DNA from: a virus
Lineage: Duplodnaviria > Caudoviricetes
IMG/VR virus record: IMGVR_UViG_3300035208_002115
DNA: 64,000 nt
Reading direction: 5' to 3' (one strand)
How positions within the stretch are numbered: the stretch's first letter is position 1; the number at the start of each line of letters is the position of its first letter. Shown piece after piece: positions 55,501-64,000 of this stretch. The notes beneath the pieces were generated by a model. It ran no database searches, had not been told where the DNA came from, and was given only the letters and a program-made list of their open reading frames with translations. The position numbers were made by a program, and so were the translations under genes.

Positions 55501-57342
55501 GAGTGTCACAAGACTATTGACATTGGAGATGTGTATGATTTGGAATCTTGGATGAGATAAATATGAAATGGGTAAAGGCGACTGAACGTTTACCACTATT
55601 AGGTGGTATAGAAAATAAAGTTATTATTCGAGGTAAAGATTTTGTAACCTACGGGTTTAAAAATTTTAACAGAGAAAACCCTCAAATGTATTTTGTTCTT
55701 CGTAACGAATCATTTTTAACAAATGATGTTGAATGGTTGGATGAATCAGAACATTTGTTCGAGAATGAAAAAATAGTAGGGAAATATTTTATAATAGAAA
55801 ATATTTCATTTAATGATTATATGAAAGATGAACATGGTAAAATAAAATTATACGATACGTTAGAAGAAGCTGCTGAAGTATGTGGTATTTATGAATTTCC
55901 AAATGTATTGGTTTGTAAAATAAAATATAATCATGTAGAATAATGGAAAAAATAACAAAAGAACAAATACGAAAAATACTCTGGAATACAGCTCATAAAA
56001 ATGTTTCTGAAAAAAGATTAAAAAAAGAAACAATTTTTGATGGCGAAGCGGAAGCTATTTTCAGTTTTATTAGAGGTTTACACACTAATGACCTTATTCA
56101 ACCAATAATAGAACACCATAAAAAAAGAGAAGGAATACAATTGAATGAGCCTATAACTCAAAGAGAAGCTAATCTTATTGTTTTATGTCTGGAACAGTTT
56201 GATACAATGCTTGGGAAATAATATGAGTATAATTATTAAAGAAATAAATATGGAATTTTGTTGCGAACAAATGAGAATTAACGTGGAACATAAATGTAAA
56301 ACACATAAAAACCCGTTTGACTGTCCAGATAACCTTATCTATTATTCACCAAATAAAGTATATGGTTTAATTGTACATGATGGTAGCTCATCATATGTTA
56401 TTATTGATTATTGTCCATTTTGTGGTAAAAAATTATAATTATGAATCTTAGAAAATATTTTAACAAACCGAATGCTAATCAAAAGGCGATAATAGCCAAA
56501 CAATTAGATGAAATATTTCAAATGGCTGAAAAAGATAAAGACAGCCACAATCATAAAGAATATAATTCCCAACATATTTCAGATTCAACTTGTCCAAGAT
56601 GTAAAGGCACTCAGGTTGTTGATAGAATAGCCCAAGTAATTGGTAAAGGTAGTGTTAGCGGTTCGTTTTCTTTGGGGTATGGCAGTGTTTATGGTAGTTC
56701 TAAAATAGACACAAATGAAATTAATCATTGTTCAATTTGTGGACATGAATGGAAAAAATATAAAAATAATTATAAATGGGCATCTGATATTATTACAGAT
56801 TATTTAAATAACTTAAAATCACATTTCGAAGGAAAATATGATTTTTATGAGCATATATACAATAAATTAAAACCGTATTATGCAGAAACTATTTACAAAC
56901 TCCTATTGGAAAAAGGTGGCGATTGTTATTTCACAACACAACGAGAATTAACATTGGAGTTATTAAGAAATAAATTCGATTCAGTATTTGATGAAAAATC
57001 TAATAAATGAGACCATTTATAGAATTGCATATAGAAAGACCAACCAACGATAGTTTGTTTTTTAACGAACCGTCTGATACCAATTTAATAAATGTTTTGA
57101 AAACTGTTTGTTTTGACCTGAACACTTACATAGGGGATTTATCAATGCAAAGAGAAAGAGTTCTCGCATTAAATTACGCTATAAAAACCACATTAAAACA
57201 TTATTGTTATAACAATCCAAATTATACTATAAATAGTTTTAAATATTTTATTCGAATTGTGGATACAAGCATGTCCAATTTTAATATCCAAGTCCAGTTA
57301 TTGTTAAATAACAAACTAACTACATTCACTTTAATAAAGTGA
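52549..57342 (+). other. cluster of small hypothetical CDS, including a lipoprotein (52927) and Zn-finger-like proteins (56223-56438, 56441-57010)
   Basis: Packed ORFs. LLSSC lipobox, CCEQM...YCPFCG and CPRC/CSIC pairs. Confidence 0.55.
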
Positions 57343-57393
57343 AATTTCAAATATGATTTTTTATTTTTAATATATAAAAAGAAAAAATCATCC

Positions 57394-58146
57394 ATGAAAA
57401 TCAATAAAAGTTATTCTGAGTTTGTCGAAGGTTTGAATGGTAGAAGCCTTTTTGAAAGTATGACAGAAGAAGAATATAAAAAATTCGGAACTATAAAATA
57501 TGTTAAAAAAGATGCCGATGGTCTTGGTATGTTTAGAGACATAGCTAAAAAGGTAAAAAATCCAGAAGAATTTATTTCTAAATCCAGAGAAATAAAAGAT
57601 GTTCCAACCAAAATTGCCAACCTGTTTTCTAAAAAATATGGTAAAAACAATACATTAAACATGGAACAAACAGCTCAAAACTTTTTAGATGCTGTTAAAA
57701 CCGAAACGGTTAAAGAATCAATAAATGAATCTAATAAAAAGTCTGATAAAAAAGGATACCACGTCAATATAGAAAAAGCCACTATCGATAATGAAGATTT
57801 TAGAAAAGTCTTATACACAGGCGAGCATACACAACTTGTACTGATGTCTTTAAAACCAGACGAAGAAATAGGTTTTGAAACGCACCCAGATATTGACCAA
57901 TTTTTTAGAGTTGACGCTGGTAATGGAAAAGCAATTATCAATGGTAATGAATACACTTTAAAAAATGGTGACTGTGTTATTGTCCCTTCTGGTTCTAAAC
58001 ATAATATCATAAATACTGGTAAAGAACCATTAAAACTTTACACTCTTTATTCTCCACCTCATCACAAAGATGGAATCATATTTAAAACTAAAAAAGATGC
58101 CGAATCGAGTAAAGAAAAATTTGATGGAAAACCAACCGAAGAATAA
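57394..58146 (+). CDS. cupin-domain protein with leader-type N-terminal extension
   Basis: C-terminal FRKVLYTGEHTQLVLM...ETHPDIDQFFRV...GDCVIVPSGSKHNIIN cupin motifs. TAATATATA motif at about 57368. Confidence 0.85.
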   Translation: MKINKSYSEFVEGLNGRSLFESMTEEEYKKFGTIKYVKKDADGLGMFRDIAKKVKNPEEFISKSREIKDVPTKIANLFSKKYGKNNTLNMEQTAQNFLDAVKTETVKESINESNKKSDKKGYHVNIEKATIDNEDFRKVLYTGEHTQLVLMSLKPDEEIGFETHPDIDQFFRVDAGNGKAIINGNEYTLKNGDCVIVPSGSKHNIINTGKEPLKLYTLYSPPHHKDGIIFKTKKDAESSKEKFDGKPTEE

Positions 58147-58152
58147 AATATA

Positions 58153-58521
58153 AATATTTTTAAAACAAAAGGTTTCTTGATGTATATAATTCAAGAAACC
58201 TTTTTTAATAACTATGATTTTGTTTTTTATAAAACAATTTATACAAATTGTTATGTTTGTAATCATGATTGAAATTCTGTGCTGGATTATATGGCACGTA
58301 TTAAATTCTGATTCTTCATTTGAAATTATCACCATAAAGGAAATTAAAAAAACATTATATTATCTATTCTTTAAATATTTTCCTATATTATTTTTCATCA
58401 ACTTGATATTATATTTACATTTTGGTGAATCATTTTTGAAATAATCTAAAAATTTAAAATTCTCAATATTTTTAAAACAAAAGGTTTCTTGAAGTATATA
58501 AACAAAGAAACTTTTTGTTTT
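58153..58521 (+). repeat. two copies of a ~55-bp hairpin/promoter element flanking ORF 58214-58444
   Basis: aatatttttaaaacaaaaggtttcttga..tatataa..aagaaac at 58153-58204 and 58465-58521, each an inverted repeat. Confidence 0.85.
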
Positions 58522-59415
58522 ATGAAGTACATAGATAAAATTGCATCAAAAACTGATAATGCATTAAAATATATCTTTAAAACCGAAGATAATAAAATTA
58601 TTGAGTTTACCTATATAAACAAAGACGATGGTAAAGATATTATTTGCACTCCATCACAGACAATGTGTAACCTCGGATGTAAATTTTGCCACACTACTGA
58701 ATATATTGGTAAAATAAAGTGTCGAAACTTAAATACGTTCGAATTATACCACCCACTGGAATATATTGTTAAAGATTTAAATCTTTCTGAAAATCAAAGA
58801 ACATTATTAATATCTGTAATGGGTTGCGGTGAGCCAGTTTTCAATGTTGACCATATTATAGAAATGATGGTTGACTTTAAAAAAACTGCTGAAAGTGACT
58901 GGAATATTCCTTTTGTTAGGTATGCAATCGCAACCAGTATACCCAAAAGTAAATGGGAAGAATTCTTCCATTTAACATCTAAAATAAAAGAACATAATTT
59001 ACCTGTTAAATTACATTTATCACTACACTATACTTTTGATTTGATTCGAAAAGAGTGGATGCCAGCATCTCTGGATATCATACCTTCTATTTCAGCCGTT
59101 GATTTTTATAAAAAAATAACTGGTAACGCAGTTGAAATACATTACACTTTAATCGAAGGTGTGAATGATACTGAACAGGACGCTATTCTTTTGAGTTCAT
59201 TCTTGAAAGGTAAAGACATTAATGTGAAGTTTTTACATTATAATGAAAAAGAATCAATGAATTATCATGCGTCAAATAAAGATAAATTAAAAATATTCAG
59301 AAAACATTTGGATGTGAATAATATATCACATGAATATTATACACCACCCGCAAGTGATATCGGTTCGAGCTGTGGTGCGTTTTTATTAGAAACATATTTG
59401 AAATATCAAGATTAA
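58522..59415 (+). CDS. RlmN/Cfr-like radical SAM RNA methyltransferase
   Basis: CNLGCKFC, MGCGEP (for MGMGEP), LHLSLH, YTLIEGVND and C-terminal DIGSSCG. Likely start at 58522. Confidence 0.8.
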   Translation: MKYIDKIASKTDNALKYIFKTEDNKIIEFTYINKDDGKDIICTPSQTMCNLGCKFCHTTEYIGKIKCRNLNTFELYHPLEYIVKDLNLSENQRTLLISVMGCGEPVFNVDHIIEMMVDFKKTAESDWNIPFVRYAIATSIPKSKWEEFFHLTSKIKEHNLPVKLHLSLHYTFDLIRKEWMPASLDIIPSISAVDFYKKITGNAVEIHYTLIEGVNDTEQDAILLSSFLKGKDINVKFLHYNEKESMNYHASNKDKLKIFRKHLDVNNISHEYYTPPASDIGSSCGAFLLETYLKYQD

Positions 59416-59434
59416 AAAATAAAAATATAAAATT

Positions 59435-62232
59435 ATGGAATTCGTAGAACACATTGGTGATAGAATGAAAGCTGGTGAGATTGCTGAAAGTTGTCTAACA
59501 ATTACAGACGATGATATACCAACTTATATTAACGCAGCATTTAATACATTTATTAAAGAATATGAAATATCATTTTCTAAATTAGCAGATAGGTTTAGAG
59601 CATATTGGTTATTGACTCATATTAAAAAAGAAGCTTCATCATTTGATTCAAATTCTAAAATGTTGATGTTGAATGATAGAAACATTCAGAAAGTGAAAAT
59701 AATTCAAGAATATATCGAATATGTTATTTTGAAATATCAGAAGACTGGACTTATATTAGATGAGGAAACACAACACATATAAGTTCATAATTATGGAATT
59801 ATATCGTTCAAATTACTATAAAGATGAAGTATCTGAAGCCGACTTAAATATAATTGTTAATAAAATTGAAGAATTATTTTCCGAGTTGAAAAATAGAATT
59901 TTGAATGCTGATGAATTGAAAAATATAATAGAATCTGATAAGTATTCTTTTACTTACACAATTTCATCCAGATTCATTTTAAATATTTTCTTTTATAACA
60001 ATTATAAAATAGATAAAACCATCAGGTATACCATTGAGGTGTGGGCTAAAGATTATAAGAAACTAACGTATTTTGGGGGTTCATCAGAAACGATAAATAT
60101 ACCGTACCAGTTAAGAAAGAAAAAAATTGAAGAAATATTTTTAGATTAAATGGGAAAGACACGATTAAAATTTTTAAGAAAATTTGGTTGGAAAGGCACT
60201 GAAAAAGAGTGGGATGAGATAATAACACTCGAATATGTATTGACTTGGGGGTATGAAAATGAAGGTGATGAAGAAAGATATAAATTTCTTCGATTAAGAG
60301 GCGATGGTGTATTATAAAAATAATAAATTTGAATAAAAATTATTTTATATGGATACAAATTATATTTTAAACGGTGGAAAATCATTTCCAGTGTTGGTTT
60401 TTTGTGAAGAAAACAATATAAAATGTACTTGGGACTTCTCTAAATCTGACGGAGCAGAATGGACTGAAATTTTTATTGATGACACATTGGTTATGCAATT
60501 TCAAAGTACAACCACAGTTAAACAATTCATAGAAGCTATTCAACGAACTGAAAAGGATTTTAATGATAAATGTAGTGATACAGAAGGTGATGATTTCTGG
60601 TTTGTTATTGATAAGAAAAAATATTTTGATGCATTTATTAAAAAACATGGACATCTATTTAAATCATTATGAGTACAAGAACAACACACCGATGTGAAGA
60701 ACTTTCAGGTCTTGGGTTAATATTCTCTTTTAAAGAGAATGCATACATTGGGAAGGATGATAATTCAAAAGATTTCTATATTCCCTCTATCGATATACAA
60801 TTCATCGAGGATGACGCTTGGAATGTCCTTATTGAAAAATTAAAAACTGAAATTAGTAATAGACATGAGTCGTTTTAATACATCACTTATTATATTTGGA
60901 GCTGTCGAAATAATGAAAACTTCTTTCGGTGGAACTGATGTTAAAATAATAAGTCAAGAAATGTATCGGAATCAATCTGATAATACAACACTAATTGGTA
61001 TACTTGGAGTTGATATCGAAATAGAAGGATATAAAGTGTTTTTATCATATTCTATCGCTGAAGATATGTGTTTATACGGACAACATGTAGCAGATAATTT
61101 TGTGTTTAATATACTTAAAGGTGATTATAAAAGAAAAATTAGGAAAGAAAAAATAAAGGAAATTCACCCAGATATAAAATGAAAAATATTTTATGAAAAA
61201 TAAAAATATAAAAGATGTCGCAATGGATTGGTGGAATAGTTTACCAATCCAAAATTTAGTAGACATGGATGATAGTTGGGTTGGATATGTTCATAAGTAT
61301 TTACCAAACAGAGGTGGTATTTATGCATTATCTGATGCCGAGATTTTATATATCTGGAAAAAAGAACATAGTACATCTTTTGTAGAAATAATGATTAAAA
61401 AAATCTTTTGTTAATATGAGTGAACAAATTCAAGAAATGTTTGAAACATTTAGAACGTATGACGACATATATATACAACTTTTAACAGAAGGTGTTGAAA
61501 CATGTCAATACTTATTAGATTCGGATTGTATCTGGAAGCGGTTAGAACTACAATGGATGTCTGAATACTTTTTACAAAAAGAAGAATATGAAAAATGTGC
61601 AGTATTAAAAGAATATATTAATAACTATTTTATTGCACCAAATGAGAAACAGGTTGAATTTAACAGTAAATTACAATTTATAAAACAATGAATTTTTACC
61701 GATACGAAACAGTTGAATATGCGTCTATTGGTTGGGACGGTGAATACACCCGTTCGAAATATCCTAACCCTAAATTGGAACTAAGAACCTTTGATTTGAT
61801 TAGTGAAACACTAAAAGGTTATTGGATTGGTTATAGTGGACTTAGGCCACTTAAATTTAAATGGATATCTAAGACATCTAAAAAACGATATGCTTATCCA
61901 ACTAAAGAAGAAGCTTTAAATGGTTACATTTCAAGAACAAAAAGACGATTGGATATATTAAATTATCAACTTTCTTCTTGTAAAATAGGTATAGATTTAG
62001 CCGAAATGGAAAAAAAGAAAGTGTTAACATGAAAAAAGAATTGGAACTATTAAAAGAAGCCAATGAAATTATAAAGTCTTTTAATAGTGTTATTGAAAGA
62101 AGGGGTGAAGAAACAAACTGGGACGCTCTTGAACAAAGAGTAAAAGAAATTTTAATTAAACAAAAGGTGTTTTTTAAATTAACTAAGTGTCTCCCGTTGG
62201 TAAATATAATTATTATTATATTTGCCTTATAA
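59435..62232 (+). other. cluster of small hypothetical CDS (59760 and 60865 with RxxKI tails)
   Basis: End RKKKIEEIFLD and RKEKIKEIH. Confidence 0.55.
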
Positions 62233-62241
62233 TTTTAGACT

Positions 62242-62985
62242 ATGCATATTGTTAGTGAAGAATTAAAAAATATCTACGAAGATACGGTCGCTCAATTAGA
62301 TAAAACACCTACAAAAAGCGAAACTAAACTTTATTCTTATAATCATTTACCATTCACAGTAAATATTGGTAATTATGACACCCAAATAGTATCTGTGATA
62401 CCTAAAGACACAATTTCATGTGCATTGGACTTCAGAGGAAACGGTAAAACCGCTATCCTTAATATGGCTTCTAACCGTAGAGCTGGTGGTGGTGTTATAA
62501 ATGGTGCTAAAGCACAGGAAGAATGTTTGTTCCGTTGCACCGACTTATATAAAACTATGACAATGGATTTTTATCCATTAAAACTTGCACATGGTTTATA
62601 TACAACAGATACTTTGATATTTAAAGATGCTCGTTATAATATATTGGAAGAACCAATGTATGTCGATACTATTTCCGTACCAGCGATTAATCTTAATAAA
62701 TTGAGTATGGAAAGAGATGTTTATGAAATAATTACCGAAGATAAAATAAATTTCATCTATAATCTCGCAGCAGCACACCATGTTGATAACCTGATACTGG
62801 GTTCTTGGGGCTGTGGTGTGTATAAAAATGACCCAGACTTCATATCCAAATTGTTTCTTAAAGTGTTACAAGAAAAGGGATACAAATTCAAAAAAGTGGT
62901 ATTTGGTGTCATCAATGACCATAATTCTGTTGGAAATAATTATGAGATATTTAAGAAAAATATTGATGTATCCATACCACAATAA
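62242..62985 (+). CDS. TIGR02452-family macrodomain (bacterial PARG-like) protein
   Basis: LNMASNRRAGGGVINGAKAQEECLFR and LILGSWGCGVYKNDP motifs. TATATTTG at 62217. Confidence 0.9.
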   Translation: MHIVSEELKNIYEDTVAQLDKTPTKSETKLYSYNHLPFTVNIGNYDTQIVSVIPKDTISCALDFRGNGKTAILNMASNRRAGGGVINGAKAQEECLFRCTDLYKTMTMDFYPLKLAHGLYTTDTLIFKDARYNILEEPMYVDTISVPAINLNKLSMERDVYEIITEDKINFIYNLAAAHHVDNLILGSWGCGVYKNDPDFISKLFLKVLQEKGYKFKKVVFGVINDHNSVGNNYEIFKKNIDVSIPQ

Positions 62986-63137
62986 AATAAAACAAAGAAT
63001 TAAATCTGGAGAATTGATAAGATTTGAATACGTAAAAAGATATAAAAATATATCACCTTGTCTATTATTACATTTTGAAACTGAACCTAAAGTCAGGCCA
63101 ATAAGAGAACATCGGTTTAAAGAATATGATGATATAC

Positions 63138-63899
63138 TTATTCGATAAATTTTTTAATTACTGCTGGTACATCTTTCCCATTCTTCACATGTAATATAAC
63201 AAATTCATCATGATACCCACCAAACACACCCAGATAATCCATTTTTAAATTATTCAATGACCAAAATTCATTCGTGGTATCAGCATCAGGTACACAAGCA
63301 TAAAACAACATCTTATACTTCTCAGGTAAATCCGAGGGGGATTCTATAAACTCTGACAAATCAATATCTTTATATTTCACTTCACCAACTATATCTGGTA
63401 CATCTTTAGCTGTCTTCTCATAAAAAAACTTCTGTATTTCCCTGTACTGTTTTATATCCAATGCCTCTATCCATTCACCCAAATTAAAATCTTCTCCATA
63501 TTTTTCTCCATTAATAACAGGACACCTATCTAACATTTCTTTTAAATTAACAGTTTCTATATCATCAGAAGAATCATTTTTTAAATCAACCCCATATAAA
63601 TATAGTTCTTCCCCACCGTCTTCTGGTAAAGCATGTAAACACATTTTTATAGATGGTGCAATTGATACCCTCGGTGTAAAATCATCTTCTATGATATTCA
63701 TATCATCATCAGTAAATGGTCGATTTGGTATTCTTGTAGTAAAAGTGAACGTTTTGTTATTATCACCTTCTATTAAATAATCCTCAGATATATGAAAATA
63801 TTTATACATATTCTCTAAATCTACCATCGGTATTTTATAAATTGTAGTATTACCAGCCTTTTTGATGCTAAACTTTTCAAAAGTTTTTAAATATCTCAT
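63138..63899 (-). CDS. leader-bearing protein, predicted ADP-ribosyltransferase-like fold
   Basis: Leader MRYLKTFEKF. YFHIS...PRVSIAPSI..CL.AL...VPDADTTNEFW gives an H/S/E pattern. Confidence 0.5.
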   Translation of the reverse strand: MRYLKTFEKFSIKKAGNTTIYKIPMVDLENMYKYFHISEDYLIEGDNNKTFTFTTRIPNRPFTDDDMNIIEDDFTPRVSIAPSIKMCLHALPEDGGEELYLYGVDLKNDSSDDIETVNLKEMLDRCPVINGEKYGEDFNLGEWIEALDIKQYREIQKFFYEKTAKDVPDIVGEVKYKDIDLSEFIESPSDLPEKYKMLFYACVPDADTTNEFWSLNNLKMDYLGVFGGYHDEFVILHVKNGKDVPAVIKKFIE

Positions 63900-63914
63900 T
63901 TTAAAAATAATATT

Positions 63915-64000
63915 ATTTCTTATTTAACAGATTTATCATATAATCCTGTTCTTTTCTATATTGAGGATATGGTTTATTATATTTTTTCGCTCTTTTTGCT
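63915..64000 (-). CDS. 3' end of a gene entering from the right edge (...AKRAKKYNKPYPQYRKEQDYMINLLNKK*)
   Basis: Open minus-strand frame ending just upstream of 63899. Confidence 0.5.

Noticed and set aside
1-64000. Stop-codon reassignment, as seen in some large phages
   Set aside because: Known enzymes are full length under the standard code, and TAG and TGA both end genes at tight junctions.
1-64000. tRNA genes, rRNA, integrase, transposase or reverse transcriptase
   Set aside because: None was recognised by eye. A tRNAscan run would be needed to exclude atypical tRNAs.

Overview
This is a very AT-rich, gene-dense segment that reads as part of a large (jumbo-type) tailed phage genome using the standard genetic code. 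The host is probably Bacteroidota: a TAnnTTTG -7 promoter element precedes at least 14 transcription units. Positions 1-10.2 kb form a minus-strand virion block, including a 2433-aa tail-fibre-like protein. The rest is mostly short plus-strand hypothetical genes mixed with recognisable enzymes. These include a deamidating NAD+ salvage set (PncA, PncB, Gln-dependent NadE), a Nudix hydrolase, a TIGR02452-type macrodomain, two radical SAM enzymes (one RlmN-like), a truncated HisRS catalytic core, a Pth2-like protein, topoisomerase IB, a cupin, a retropepsin-like lipoprotein, an ankyrin protein and a YopX protein. Main observations: (1) a ~206-nt RNase P RNA with an intact catalytic domain but almost no specificity domain; (2) a ~300-nt structured RNA with hexamer-periodic single strands behind a coiled-coil gene; (3) a Preiss-Handler NAD+ rebuilding route distinct from the described phage NARP1/NARP2 pathways; (4) about 19 proteins with an N-terminal MKHLKxFE-type leader, mostly behind a WATATATA late-promoter-like motif, including three predicted ADP-ribosyltransferase folds and TopIB; (5) a separate set of about 19 proteins sharing a C-terminal RxxK(I/L)xx(I/L) tail. 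All calls come from motif recognition by eye. No database searches or folding programs were run.
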